Assembly (NCBI GenBank): GCA_043228905.1
Contig: JBHGNT010000011.1
Location: forward strand, 11,780,001 to 11,844,000
Direction: 5' to 3'
Length of the DNA stretch: 64,000 bases
DNA from: Azolla caroliniana
Taxonomy: Eukaryota; Plantae; Polypodiophyta
The notes under the pieces were generated by a model. That model was given only the letters and a program-made list of their open reading frames with translations, was not told the DNA's origin and did no database searches. Numbering within the stretch: the first letter of the stretch is position 1; the number at the start of each line of letters is the position of its first letter. Positions 1-21,600 of the stretch are shown here, piece after piece. The position numbers and the translations under genes are program-made.

Positions 1-8
1 TAGCAAAC

Positions 9-338
9 CTCTGTCCTATAGCGTGCATCTGGAGGCGGTAACCTCAGCTGGGACTTCCAATCTTGCAGACTAAAACAGCAAAGAAATTATTATGGAAACT
101 CCTGTAATGTCCATAATTCAAAATTAAACTATGCTACATCTAACAAAGGGGAAAAAACTAACCTCAAACTTGACTGCCCCTTTGCTTGAGCATTTGAAGC
201 ACTTGCTATGCTGGGACTTGTTTCAGTGTTCAATCCTGTTGTCGCCATGTTATTGCCATGAACTATACCTTTCGGTCTAAACTCATATGAAGGACGATTT
301 GGATGGTTGCTTGTGCCGCCGTACATTGAACCACGCAT
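9..338 (-). CDS. DEAD-box RNA helicase, DDX6/Dhh1 family (RH6/RH8/RH12-like); first two coding exons (163-338, 9-69), gene continues beyond the left edge
   Basis: Splicing 338-163 (AG|gttag) to 69-9 (ttttag|T ... GAG|gtttg) gives ...GQSSLS-LQDWKSQLRLPPPDARYRTE. This matches the DWKxxLxLPPxDxRYRTE motif preceding the Q-motif of plant DDX6 helicases. A CT-rich putative 5' UTR exon lies near 2200-2450. Confidence 0.85.
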
Positions 339-377
339 TTAGACACTAGATAATGCAAATCCCGATAAAGACATCAT
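339..377 (-). promoter_or_regulatory. 12-codon upstream ORF (MMSLSGFALSSV*) in frame with and directly abutting the helicase ATG
   Basis: Minus strand reads ATG ATG TCT TTA TCG GGA TTT GCA TTA TCT AGT GTC TAA ATG CGT, downstream of a plausible acceptor (ttttgtag) at ~399. Confidence 0.55.
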
Positions 378-3300
378 TGTGGTAAGGTCCACAAATACCT
401 ACAAAATCCAAATTCTGCACGCATAAAAAGAGAAAGGAGAACTAATATCATCACTTTTAAAGATTCCACATTGAAATCCATAAAAGTTTGATAACGAGAA
501 TCTATAGTATGATCACAAATTGCATGTGTAGATCAAATTTTCTATGTTTTATTTTGATGTGGTATTTTGGAGATGGCCATATTATAAGATTTTTATTCAT
601 AGGCTGCTTCAGCCTCAGCCTCGCTCTGTGTCTCTAGATCATATTGCCATACTGAGACTCGAGTATCAGTGGAACAAAGTTAAGGTCATGCATTTTATTG
701 CTGCGTTATAGATTCCGGAACAACGTCCCTAGCAATAATCTTTGGGAAAAGGATAAAACAGATTGGAGTGGCCAGATATCATCAAATTAGAGAGACCTAG
801 AATAACACTGAAATGCCAAATGGTAGAGAGATTGCTCATATCACTCTTTATTCCTATCATCATATGATTTTTTAATCGAACTGTCTTACATGGGCACTAA
901 TTTCTTATGCTCCCAAAGGGAAATTGCATGATAGGACAAATCATGACCTCTCTGGATCAGGTAGAAACTGGTTGACATACTTATTATCAACTATGTTACC
1001 AGCGAGTGGAATCAAACCAGCATCATAGTTGCTAATGCACAATGTATTATAAGATATAGGGAAGATTTTAAAAACCATCCAGGCATTCTTCGACACTATC
1101 ACCCCTCATTATAGAGATATACCCAATACAGAGAAACATGCCAAAAGGAGCCTCAGATAAAGCAGCACTACGCCAGACACTTTACAGCATACTACAAGAT
1201 TCATGGTCGTTTTGATTGCTGCTTCAAGGAGAGCTTTCAGTCCCCTGGGTGGATTAACGTGGCCAGTGACATTTAGGGCTCTTTAAGTAGAGATACACAA
1301 TCTAGACATCCATCAGTATCTAGATCCCATTGTAAAAGGACATGACACGTGGCCTACATATACAAGGTTTTAGGGTATCAATATTCACCATCACAAAGAA
1401 CCTCCCCCATGCTAGACATTGATGTCATCAAATAAAACACTAAAAAGATAATTCATGAGATGGCATACACCTTTGCGGTTATGCTCTTCTTAGATTATTG
1501 CTTTCTTTACTTTTAGTTTATCTAAAGGTTTGTTCAGAATTCCATGAAAATGAAATGAACTCTTTTCTTTGCAAGAACTCTTCCTTCAATTTATGTAGAA
1601 AACACAATGAACCATTACGATCTACCCCACTTTCTATATTACAGTGGTCTCATATATTAATACTCAGCCTCTTTCTAGGACAACAGTGTTATACACCATT
1701 ACAACATATCTCATTTATGTATTAAACAATCACCAATATCAAAAGTTCTTCAATTTCTAAGATAGATAGCATCATAATCTACCCTATGTTATGCATCGAA
1801 CAATCAATTATGTCAAATTGCCCTAATCTTTTAGGAGGAAAAGGTGTTAAAGTGTCCACCTATGGCAAAATCCCTTCACCTTCCAAGATGAAATGGTGCA
1901 TTGCATTACAATCTACCACATAAAGCATTGAGTTGCCACCTATGTCAAATGAAACAAACACTAAATGCTACCCCATTTTAATTCTATTTCTATGGAAACT
2001 TCCACATACAATTACAATGTAACCCATTTTATGCATTAAAAAGTCACATATCTCAGAATTTCAGAGTTTAGATTAGGGTTTCAGCACGAGACAATAGCTT
2101 AGAAATTTTGATTTTGAAAAAACTCAAACGATTTAAGAGAAACCGGCTCATTCTTTAAGATGAGCTTGGCAACCAAAATACAGAAGCTAGTTTATATTTA
2201 CCCCTGGGAGAGGAATAAAATGGATCAAAACTCCTTTTTAAAGCAGGAAAACCAAGACACAGAAAGAAGCAATAACCCTAATCTCTTTGTTCTTAAAAGG
2301 GAGGGGGCGGAGCAGAAGAAGAAGCAACAGAAATAAGATAAATGAAGATGAGGAAGAAGAAGACACCTCAGAACAGAGAAGGGGAAACCGACTTGGAAGC
2401 AGGAGAAGAAGACGCCATAGCCAGAAGGCCTCCACAGAGAATCGATTGTCTTAACTTTTTGCCTTAATGGGTCCCCAAAATTAGCATAAAATTTCTACTT
2501 ATCAACACATTTCACTAATGCCTCCTCCCTCCCACTCTGCTCTCCTCTCTTCTGTTCTGTTCTGTTCTGTTTTGTTCTGCCCTGCCCTGCTCTGCTCTTG
2601 GTTTGGTCTCTCACTAGGCAAACACAAAATTAGTGTGAAAACGAATGAATGAATGTCTTTCTTCCGATCATCCGAGCCGATAAATATTGGTTCTAAGGCT
2701 TCTCTGCTTAGGATCGTAGAATAGTCTCGTGGTACAATGTATTGTTGTATCAGAGGTTTTATATTTCGTATCCTAGCTCATTATTAAGGTGCTCATATTG
2801 GCCCGTCCATAATTTCTAATCGATCGTATGTACGCCTACTTTTGTTGCCATTCACATCTTGTTGGCCTAAACTTGCTACTAGGGTTCACCAGTCTGCCCA
2901 CGTGACCACACGACTATCATGTTAATATGAAGTAATTGTAGTCCAAAATCTCAAAAGACTATGCAAAAACTCATAGACCTACCAAAACTGTTCTTACACA
3001 TGACGAGAATATAATATCCATAAACTTTTTATTGGGGCTATATAAGTCTTCTAGTGAACCAATAAGGTCATGTAAGCCTACTTCTAGTGGGGTGTTGAGT
3101 CCCCTCTTGCCAAAGTTCGTGTTGTATAGGGCCAATCGTCTATTATCCTATCTATTTATGTTTTGGTAAGGCATATATCAAGTTCATATGCCCAAAAGTT
3201 ATATCACAATATATAAGAAGTTTGGGCAAGATACTAAGGTTATATAGGCCTCAAATGTCTACTACATCCACTAGATTTGTCATCTAGTAATTGATTGGGT

Positions 3301-3649
3301 CATTTAGACCACCGATGGTGTGTTGTGATGGTATATTGAGAAGCCAAGCCCATGTTGGAAAATGTGTGTGATAACCCTTTTTTAGTGTGAGGATGTATTC
3401 TCAACATTAAATGCATTACGTTGCGATTGATTGGTTTAGCATTCTTTGATACTGCACAAAGAACGTGTTGTATAAACGAATTCCTACCCATATAAATTAA
3501 CTTTGGTTATTGTTCCTTGTTTTTACACTATTAATCTAAGTTAATGCCTTTGGTCATTGCGTGTATTCTCTCCCTCCTTCACTTAACACACACAACTTCC
3601 TATTGTGTTAGTTGTATAGCATCAAGATCCTCATAACAACCTCCTTAAG

Positions 3650-5130
3650 CTCTTCACATGGTAATATTTGTTTTATTGCTTATCTATTGTTGTTGAAACT
3701 CATTTCTATAAAAAAAAACAACTTGCTTTGTCAATAAGGTTGATCAATTGCATGGAATAGATTCATTGATGTCTCTTGCATCAAGAAGGAAGTTAAATAA
3801 GGAGATGATGAGGTGGAGGAATACACCAAGAGACAATAGAGATGAACATGCAAATGGACAACATCCTTCCCAATGGATGTTGATTACAATAATAGGAAAC
3901 GAGGGCATGAAGCATCATGTGTTGTCTAGCCACATTCTAAGCTATACACTAGATTCCAAAATACCAAAGACAACATGAAGCAACTTAACAATAATATTTG
4001 CCTCCAATATATTTCCCATAAATTCTAGCAGAATAGGAGTTGAACAATATGCAACAAAAGATGATGCCCATCAACAATCATACAATAAATATCCAAAGTC
4101 TTAGTGATTCTCTTTTCTTAAGTGATGAGATAGTCAATGAGGAAGAGATGGTACAGATTTGTTTAACTAGGCTACCACAATGGTCAGTTCGTTAAATTGT
4201 TGATGCACAAAGGATATGTTGCATGCTCTATCATTATTATGGAAGTACTAGTTATTATACTAATGGAGGAATAAGCCATCCAAGTCCAATTCACCAACCA
4301 TAACTATTTTAGAGAAGTACTCGATGATAGAGGCAAATTAATTGCTTAGACAAGAAAAGAAAGGTGAATGTTCATTCTAAGTGATAAAACATCTTAGGTA
4401 AAAAAATTCATGTTCGCAAATGACCAAAAGGTAGTACTTGACCCTAGGATATGGTCCATATCAACATATAGAGGGTGCAAAATATGCAAACAAACTAACA
4501 AAGGGATTTGTCACTAGAATCCTAACTTTGAAAGAAAATGGAAAGCATGGAGCATATGACACATGTTAGGTAAAGAAACATTGTGATCCATCCATCCATG
4601 AGTTGAATGTAAGTAGTTATCGTCATGATATCACAAAATTCAAAGTTTTGGGGGGCCTTAACCCATGGCCACCATCCTACACTTCCAAGTCTTAACCAAT
4701 ATCTTCTTCTCAAGATGTTACATAAAAATTATCATAGGTATGGGGAGCCGCAAACCCATGATATCCGGTTTATAGTTCTAAGGCTTAACCAATGTGCATA
4801 CGATCATGGACTTATGAGAATACTACATGTTCACTAAATGGCGTGCACGCACATGAGCTAATTTTGCAACACACATAATGATCAATTGGCGACAATGCAT
4901 AACATGATGGTGCATTATATATCAAGAAGGCATTCTCTTGCTAAAATCATTCTACTTGAATGCTAGTATTCAACTCATTCGTGTGAAATATTACTCCTAC
5001 TATTGTTCATAATACAAATTCATTTTCTTCTTACTCCTTTATATACATAAATCAAGGTCTTTCATATCTTAGATTTTGCAAATTCAAGTCAAGTTGTTGT
5101 TTAGCAACCACCTTGCTTAAACATTGGGGA
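3650..5130 (+). mobile_element. Highly decayed Ty1/copia relic related to the gag of elements A/B/D
   Basis: A PBS-like cacatggtaat lies at ~3655. Near 4133 the sequence translates to VNEEEMVQICLTRLP (compare VDEDEMVQIFLGRL in element B). Many stops; boundaries are approximate. Confidence 0.5.
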
Positions 5131-6231
5131 ACTACTTCTATGACTTTCTTTCGCTTTGATAAACTACTTGCTTTTATGCCTTGAACTGCACTAAAATTGT
5201 AACCAAACAAAATAAATGGACTTCTTCAAATTTCCTTGCTTTGTTACATACATAATTAGTTCTTATTTCATTCACCACTTTTTTGGACAAGGAAAGCAAT
5301 GTTATGAAGTTATAACATTTACTACGTGGTTTGAGTGTTTACCAACTTAGTTACTCTACTTGAACTACATGCTAAATTTGAACAAATATGCTTCCTACCA
5401 ATAGCATACACCTTCACCAAGGCCCAACGCAAAATCTATCATATTTGGGTTTAGCTCTCATTATAAGAACCTCAATCATTTGAGCATCATGTACCATTGG
5501 TGCTACTTCACGAGGTTAGAAGTTTGCATATATCCAACATTCACCCTAGGGAAGGATTTTGTATTACCTTCCCTTTCCTATTTTTATTTAATTCATTATG
5601 CATGCTTGGGTACAAGTAAAACACCATTTTAGCTTGTTTCTCATTTGGTATGTAAATCAAGACAAAGAGGAATTCTATGAAATAATCTATCTTTATAATA
5701 AAAATTAAAATGGAAATGTGCACATGAACTCTTCATGCAAAAAAGAACACTTCCCTTCCAATCGCAACTACGGTAAAACCAAACTTGTCATTTGTTCCCT
5801 AAAAATCAACTTCAATGGAAATTCAAACCAAGTAATGCATTTTCCGTTGCATTGTTTCAATCTAAAACTGGCTTGGTTGGCTCTTTTGTCAAGTTCTTTT
5901 CTTTTGCATCATAATATCATAATGTTTAGCAAATGTTGATAGTACTGTTAGTTAACAAACTTACTCTTTATCTCCATACTTGTAGGCAACTTTGATCCTA
6001 TGTTTTCGTCACTCTTTTAGGGAAACTTTTCCTAGCGTTATAAGTGAGACCAGTACTAATATGATGAATTAGCAAATAAATTTAGCTTTCTTTTAGTATT
6101 TGGTACCAAAAAAAAACGACCCAAAATCAAAGACAAAATCTAGGTTGTAATACCTCCTCAACATGTGATAGTGCATATCAATTAGGGTAAGTCAAAATGG
6201 TCTAATAAATAAGTCTAAAACTATACTAATC

Positions 6232-12875
<6,644 letters not shown>

Positions 12876-15800
12876 GTACAGGAATTTAGACACACACACA
12901 CACACAAGAAAAAGAAAGAAAAAAAAGAAGAAGAAGAAGGGAAAAAAGCAGTTCTTGTTCACAAAAAGTCATGGTCAAGTCAAAGCCAAAGGACTCTTGA
13001 CCATCCATCGGCATACATACATTGCATACATCATTAGTGAGCGCACATACAGTATCGAGAGGTAATTAATACATTCCCTGTTAATCTCTCCTGCTGATCG
13101 TAATTAAGGCCACCATCTTTTCACTTAATCAAACTTCATGTATTGTCTTAACAAACGTTGCATGTAATTGACATTCGTAATTTACTCGAAGGCCAAAAAA
13201 TAAATATCTTTTGCCCTTGACTTCTGCAAACCTACATTCTCCCCACTTCTTACTAGAGAGCAATCTCTCCGTAGATTAACTTGCAATTTGATGAATATGA
13301 CATTGTGATGCTTTTTGAACTGGAGAGAAATTATTAGTCATTTCATTGTTCTCTTAACATAAACTCATCTCTTCGATATTGCTTATATAATGTAATTATG
13401 TGTTTAATCTTCATCTAATGTGGTTACAAACCTTGACTTTAGTGAGTGTGCTATAAAGCAGTTTTACTTTTTCCCACACAAAATAAGCACACGAGAGACT
13501 AGAAGCAATATTTATCACACTTTTACAAAAACCCTAAGTCTCCTTGCTATAATATGGAGGAGGATCTTCAAAGTCATGTGTTATCTTCCCAAAAATGACG
13601 ATTAAGAAAAAAGAAATGATTAAGGTTCCCATGAGTAGCTAAGTTAATCTTACCCTCAACTAGTAGTGTATAGTATTGTGCATGTTAAGTGAGTTCATGC
13701 AATTTAAAGAGTGAAAAACAAACACTAATTATGTCGATCAACCTAAACAATTGAAACCCACGATGGTGTGGCATTAACCATGTGGGATGAACCACATATT
13801 TTGGACAATAAGACAATAACATGTTATTTATGATTGACGTTCACGCTCAACGATAAATTTGAGCCACATCTAGTCAACGACTTTCAATTGAAGCCTTACT
13901 GCAAGATTATGACAATAAACTTGTTCTTACATCAAGAAGAGTCCATGGGAAGCGAGATAGATGAATGTGTTTAGAGCAACATTGTGATAGGCATAACCTT
14001 AATGCCCAATTCTAAAGCTAATTTTAATTGTTTGAGGGTAGGATAATTGGGAAACTAATTATCCAAGGACATGGAACAAACTCATAAGGACCTATGGTTT
14101 GAAGAAACATATGGTGGTTTGGGAGCCTAAGGCATTGGGCTACATAAAGGGAACTTCTAGGTAACCCTTTCATTATAGCATCTTGAGATTTTGCTGAGAA
14201 GAGTGAGGCGATTTAGTACACTTACCCACAAATAAGGTTTGGGAATTTGGATGTACACACAAGATGACTTTTTTTACTAATATTAAGAACACAATGATGA
14301 CTATTGGAAGACAGTAGGTTAATTTTACACTGTCTATTGTAGGGCTAATTTAGCACACCGTTGATTGGGAAAGAAAGAAAGAAAGAAAGATATATTAACG
14401 TCTTCTAAGGCCAAAATTGGCCCATGAGACAAATGGTGTACAACAAAAATGGGATATTTACCCATTCATCGAAAGTAAAAATAAAAATAATATAAAATAG
14501 AGTTTAAGCTAAATAGTTCTAAGAAAACAACAAACATGTTCTATATAAAAAACATGTTCTACAATGAGAATGATTCTATACTAGGCCTAATTTCATTTCC
14601 ATCCAAGTCTCTCGAAGAGAAGCGGGGGGTCAAAGGGTTGCCATGATGTGGATGTGGCCCGTGGTCCCCATGTAAGAGGTACCCCAACCATAGCTTCGAG
14701 TCGGCGTAGCTCACGTTCCCTTATCTTCTTAATCTTTTCTACTCCACGTTGACTTGACAATAGGTCTAGGGTTTAGGGTTTAACTAACATTTTTTTCCCT
14801 TTCACTTTTTCATCTCTTCACTTTTTTTGCCCTTTTTTATGTGTGTTAATGAACTTGTTTGTTTAATTAATAAGTTCCTAACTTTCTATCATTGGTTGTG
14901 CTCATTAAATTTTTTAATGTTGTGCAATTACTTTTTTTAAATTAAGAAGTTTCTAACGTTCTATCCTTTGTTGTGATCATTAGTTTTTTTTTTGTTCTCA
15001 TTCTCATTAGGTCATTTTTTTCAAGTCCTTTTATGGACTAATTCCCACTATCCTTAATCCTAAACCCTAACCCCAAATCTTCTCACGATCTTCAACCCTA
15101 CAGCCCTAACACCCTTTAAAACACTGATACACAAAAATGTTTCTTAACCATTTTTTCTTCTTCCTCTCCACTTGCATTTAGTTTATGCTTATTGGAGTTC
15201 TAAGTTTAAATCATTCTTTCTTATCTCTCAAGTTTATAAATACTCTTGCACACCAACATACCTACCACTCATATATATACATTAAAAATTACATGCTACC
15301 TACACATTGACATGAACGCACATGCATATACATATTATAAATATACACATACTTAACATATAAATGTATACATACACATACATATATGCACACTTCCATG
15401 TATATTGATATACATTATATATACGTAAACATATACACATACATACGCGCTCTACATTTACACATACATGCCCCTTGCACATTAAGATACACATAAACAT
15501 ATAATAGCATGTACATGCACATATATAAGACAATTACATAAGTACACTTATATGTTAAGACATACTTACACCCACATATTCAAACATGTGCTTGTAAACT
15601 TGCACTTACACACACACACACACATGTGGATGGATTGACAATTACAAGAGACTTTGAAATCATCAACTCAATAGTCATACCCATCTTCCCTGGTTAAAGT
15701 CCTTGGAGGTCCAACTCATGTTTCATATACACATTGTCGTGTGTGGGAAATGCATAGAAGGAATTAAGTTAAACTAGGAATATTAAAAAGGTTGAGTGAT

Positions 15801-18357
15801 AAATCGAAGGGTTGGTAAGAAAGACATATTGTGAGTTGGATTTAAATCTAACAAAAATGCTTAGCTCAATTGTTAAAAGCATGTGCTATGAGAAACAGGT
15901 TAGAGGTTAGAGTCTTAATTGAATCATAAGATATAATAAAGTGGATAAATGAATGCGATGATAAACATTATGATTATCTTTTTGTTAACATTAGGCGCCA
16001 AAAGGAAATGTAGAGCATGCAAGTGGGGAAAAAAGTATGGTGCATGCTAAAAACTAAAAAAACACCCACTAATTTTGTTTGGGAGGGAGCCTCTCGAAAC
16101 TTATAAAAGGATGAAGAGAGCTCATTGTTTAGGGGAGGGAAGTGAAAGACCCCCGTTGTTCGTTGGGATGTTGCATCAAAACCCAAGGATTTCTGCCCGA
16201 AGCTTCACTTGTGAATTTTAATTCCGTTATTCTTCTTTTTCTCCTCCTCCTCAACATACTTGAGATCTTAGGGTTTTATTTTCCTCTTCTTCATGAATAT
16301 TAGGGATCTTAGTTATTGATCTACTTCTTGAAGCTACCATCATTGTAATCTTTTATCCCCAAAAACTTGTAAATCCTATTTTATAAAGGGAATTACTTTC
16401 TTAATCTAGCGATTTCAATTGATAAAGTGGTCATTTTGAACTTAATATTGTTGTTGAGAATCAAACTCAACTTCCCTAGTGTGGGAACCCACTTTAGTAT
16501 ACTCAAGTGTGTGAACACCACACCTCTTTGTATAATAACTAATGTGCCATAGGAGTTAATACCCTATGACAGAGTAGTTAAGACTGCACCTCTTTTCCAA
16601 GAGGCGGTTCATGACTACATAAGCACCTTCTCCTTCTCTATGTAACGGTTGGCTTTTCTTGCTCTTGTTAATACAATTTTCCTTTTTTCTGTATACGCGG
16701 TGCAATGCCTTCTTTCTCCCACACACACACATCTCTTCCACTTCACAGAATCACTCCCAATTCTTTACATGGTATCAGAACGTTTGGTAGCTTGATCCAA
16801 GCCCATCACCTTCGCAGGTGTTGTGCCTAAGCCTGCGTTCAAGAAGAACTGGTTTATCGTTGTAACAACAACTTGCACAATTCGTATCACGGAGAAGAAG
16901 AAGAAGTTCAACATGAACACTTAGATGGGAAGCACTCTTCCTACAAAGAAACTTGACAGAAACAACTTTGCATCTTGGGAGTACAAGATGTCCTAATACC
17001 TTTTTGGTCAAGGCTATTGGAGTTACGTCGAAGGAGCACACAAAAATCAACCCAACCCAGCACATGGTGACCACCCAGCTTGGGAGCAAGCAGCGAGTCG
17101 CGTGTTGTCCTGCCTTGCATCATGCATTCATGATTACATGCTCGACTATCTCTAAGAGGCCAAAACGCCAAAAGAGGTGTGGGGAAACCTCAAAAATATA
17201 TTAGCCGCCAACACAACCACACGAAAACTTCAACTCTACCAAGAGTTGAACAACATACAACATAGGGATATGTCAATCAGTAGCTACACCTTGAAGATCA
17301 AGGAATTGCATGACTCCCTCGGGTCGATCAATGTTACCATTGATGATGATGAAATGATGCAAATATGCATGAGACGTCTAACACCTCGGTTTGGCACCAT
17401 ACGGTCGACGGTCCTTGTAAGGGGGAATCCTTTCTCCTTCTTCGGCCTCTAGTTGATGCTACTGGTCGAAGAAAATCATGTCCGAACAAGAGGCAACAGA
17501 TCAGATGGACAAATGCTTTACGCAAGTTCAAACAGAGGGAGAGGGCAAGGTCGTGGGAAAAGAGACCGATTTGACCAAGGCAGACAACCAAGAACAACCC
17601 TGAGAACACAACTTCTACTATCGGTAAGACATTGCAAAAACGCGAGGTAGAACGTCTGGTAGAAGGGGGAGCAATTGTGACGAATTGTTTGTAATGAGAC
17701 ACAGAGCGAACTCAAAGTCGGCCTCCAACCCAACCAACACCTTCAACTCAAAAGATGTATGGTTTGTCGACTCGAGTGCATCCAATCACATGACGTCACA
17801 TAAAGATTGGTTCCAAGAGCTACAAAAGCCCGAATGACCTGATTATGTGGAAACTGGGATGACACTATTCACCCCATTCAACATGTCAATAATGTCCCAT
17901 TCGGCGAAGAGGCCAACCAGACCTACATCAAGAATGTCTTGCATGTTCCAGCAATAATGAAGAATTTGGTCTCTGTCGGCTAGATTGTGGAACAGGGCAT
18001 GCAAGTTCAGTTCAATGACGGAAGATGCTTCATAGAAAAGGAAGGCCGAATTATCGTTCGCAGTCGAAGAGAAGGTCGGATGTTCATCCTCGATTCTCAA
18101 AAGATGAAATCGGCAATGTTTGCCAAGGGCCATAACACCAAGAACGACATAGAGCCGTGGCACAAAAGAATTGGCCATATCGATCTCTAGAAGCTCAAAG
18201 GAATGCAGTCAAAAGGAGTCATCATTGGACTCCCGACCTTTATTGAGAAGGAGATTGTAGGCGTATGCAAAGACTGTCAATTTGGTAAACAACACCGACA
18301 ACCATTCCCAAAGGAGAGGAACATGAGCAAAGGAACCCTTGATGTAATACATTCAGA

Positions 18358-18680
18358 TGATTTTGTTGTGTATGTGGAGAGAGAGAGAGAGAGAGAGAGA
18401 GTTGAGGAGTTACAAAAAAACAATATTAACAAGGAACAAGAATAAGCCAACAATTACAAAGAGAAGGAGAAGGTGCTTATGTAGTCACCTTCTCTCTAGG
18501 TTCTCTCACTACAGTCGCCTCTTGGAAAAGAGGTCGATTCTTGACTACTTAAAGAATATGTGGCATAGGATATTAACTTCTATGATACACTAGTTACTAT
18601 ACAAGGAGGTGGGGTGGTCACACACTTGAGTATCCTAGAGTGTGTTGCCACACACGGGAAGTTGAGTTTTATTCTCAACA
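18358..18680 (-). mobile_element. Inverted LTR of the A family inside element A, at an integrase-to-RT deletion
   Basis: The reverse complement begins TGTTGAGAATAAAACTCAACTTCCC...ACTCAAGTGTGTGA, like the A LTR. It is flanked by integrase start (DVIHSD) on the left and RT (YVNDLVIGG) on the right. Confidence 0.85.
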
Positions 18681-21600
18681 ATAATATATGTGAATGACTT
18701 GGTCATAGGAGGAGGGCATTTAGTAGATATCAATCATATCAAAAAGCTTCTCACCAGTCGATTTGAAATGAAAGACATGAAGGAGCTCCATTACTTTCTA
18801 GGAATAGAAGTAATTCGAACTCCTTACAACATCATGATCTCTCAACGACACTATATCCTTAATCTTCTTTACAAGTTTGGGATGACAAAGTGCAAGCCCG
18901 TCACTACTGTTGAGCGAGCAAGCTCAACTGGATCCAAATCGGCTGAATAAGCTAGAGCCGGATCGGTATCCAGATGGTATCCGGAAACAACCGGCCGGAT
19001 AGGGGAGACGGATCGGAGAGCTGGATTCGAGTGCGAACCGGAAGCCTAGTAGTAGCCTAGACTACTAGGTAATCATTTTCTCGTAGTTAGTGACAATCAC
19101 TCGTATGAGCATTGAAGTACATAGTACTTCTGTCAATCCTTTCGAGGACTTGTATAAATAGTGTTGTTTAGCACGTTGTATGTATAGAGTTTACAGAGTG
19201 TTTTCATTTTTGAATCTACATTTACATTCTGCTCTCTCTGTCTCTCTGTGTATTAAGCTTCTCCATTAAACCTTCATCTTATTCTTTGTTGCTATCCGAC
19301 TAAACCAGTTCTGTCTAACGCTTCCGCACGTTAACATTGACATGGTATCAGAGCGCGAGGGTTGAGAACCTCTACAACTGACACTTGCTTTCGTAGACGA
19401 ACCCTAGAACCCGGTAACAACAGACAAAGAGAAGATATGGACATAGGAATGACGAGTTCACTTCCAATAGAGAAGCTCGACCGGAGCAACTACGCACCAT
19501 GGTCATACAAGATGCACTAGTACTTGCTGGGGCATGGATATTGGAGATTCGTGGAAGGAAGGAACGAGGTAGTGTTGGAGCCGACACACGAGGACTTCAT
19601 GGTATGGGAGCAAGGAGTGAGTCAAGTATTGTACTGCCTCATGTCTTGTGTGCATGACCAGATGATCGGCTACATAAAGGATGCAAAAATGTTGAAGGAG
19701 GCCTGGGGAAATCTGAGGAAGATTTTCACTGCGAGTACCACAACCCGTAAGTCGTAGCTCCAACAAGAGCTGAACAACATCCGACAAAGAGACATGTCGG
19801 TTATGGACTACACCACCAAGATAAAGGAGATTTGTGACGCACTCGAGTCCATCAACGTGACGGTGGACGAAGACGAGATGGTACAAATCTTCCTCGGTCG
19901 TCTAACGCAAAGGTACGGGCCAATCCGGACAGCGATTTGCACCCGAGAGAAGCCACCGACTTTCTTCGACTTGCAATCGATGCTAATGATTGAAGAAAAC
20001 CATGCGAGTGGGTCGGGGACCACTCAATCGGACGACTAGATGGTGTACATGGAGACAAATCACCCCCATGGAAGTGGTGGGTCGGCACGCAATGGAGGCA
20101 GCCGATAAGAGTAGGACCGGAGGCACAGAGGTAGTGCCGACAACAGTTCCGGACCCTCCACAAGCAGGGGGAATCAAAGTGGAGCCGGAAGCCGGCAAGG
20201 AAAAACTGACACAGAATGCTGGTATTGTGGCAAAAAGGGCCACAGGGAAAGCGAGTGCTGGAAGAAGTGCATCGATTCGGACAAATCTGGATCCGGCAAG
20301 GCCGGTCGGGAAAACCGGCAAAGCTCGCACTACGCAGAAGGATTGGAAGGATCCAGAACCGGGAAGACCAGTAAAGGGCCAGCCTTCGTGATGAAGCTCA
20401 AGGCTAACTCGATGAAGAAGACTACTTGCAAATCGGAGGAAGTATGGTATGTTGATTCCGGAGCATCCAACCACATGATGAACCATGAAGAGTGGTTCTC
20501 CTTTTTGGAGAAACCGAAACAACCGGGAATCGTCGAAACCAGAGACGACACCCCTCACCCGATTGTGCATGTCGGAGAAGTCCCTTTGAGCCATGTCGGA
20601 CAGAAGGGAAAGATGATGAATGTATTACACATATCGACGATCACAAAGAACCTGGTGTCGATTGGACAAATCGTCAACCAGGAGGTGCAAGTGCAGTTTA
20701 CGCACCTCGGGTGCTTCATAGAGGAAGAAGGTTGGATAATCGCGCAAGGGCGCAGAGAAGGGAGGATGTTCATCCTCAACGCCAATGACGTCGGCACCAC
20801 CATGTTTGCCAAAGGATAGAAGATTGAATCAGACATCGATTTCTGGCATAAGTGGATCGGCCACGTCAACTACCAGAGGCTTCAGGACCTGCAATCGAAA
20901 CAAGTTGTTTTCGGTTTGCCGAAATTTCGCGGCCGGAAGGCCGATATCTGTGAAGCTTGCCAACTCGGGAAGCAACAACGGCTTCCATTCCCCACCGAAT
21001 GAAACCGGAGCCATAACAAGCTTGATCTAATACATTCGGATGTATGGGGACCAGCACAGAACGTTAGTCTTAGCGGGAGTCGATACTTCGTCTCCTTCAT
21101 CGACGATTACAACTCGCACACGTGGATCTACCTCATCGAACGGAAGAGCGAAGTCTTCAAATGTTTCCAGAACTTACAAAGCTTAGTTGAACGGGAAACG
21201 GAGAGGAAGGTCAAGTGCTTGCGGTTGGATGGCAAAAAAGAATACTTTTCTGGCCAATTCAACAGTTATTTGCAACAGAACGGAATTAAGAGAGAATTCA
21301 GTTGTAGATACACTGGAGCAAAACGGTGTGGCCGAAAGGAAGAACCAGTCGATTGTCGACGCGGCAAGGCCAATGTTGGAGGAGAAGAGCATGCCCCATT
21401 TCTATTGGGTTGAGGCGGTCTCGACGGCCGTCTACATTCAAAACCGGATCAGTGACAAGGTGTTAGCACAGGAGTTGTATTTCGGGCGGAAGCCGAATTT
21501 GAGACACCTTCGGATATTCAGTAGCATAACATATGTGCATGTACTGAATGAGAAGCGGAGGAAGCTAGATCCGAAGTTGGAGAAGTGCATCCTAGTTGGC

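Noticed and set aside
13750-14700. Possible gypsy integrase tail (NDKFEPHLVNDFQLKPY) and PPT-like purine run
   Set aside because: Too degenerate to set boundaries or assign confidently.
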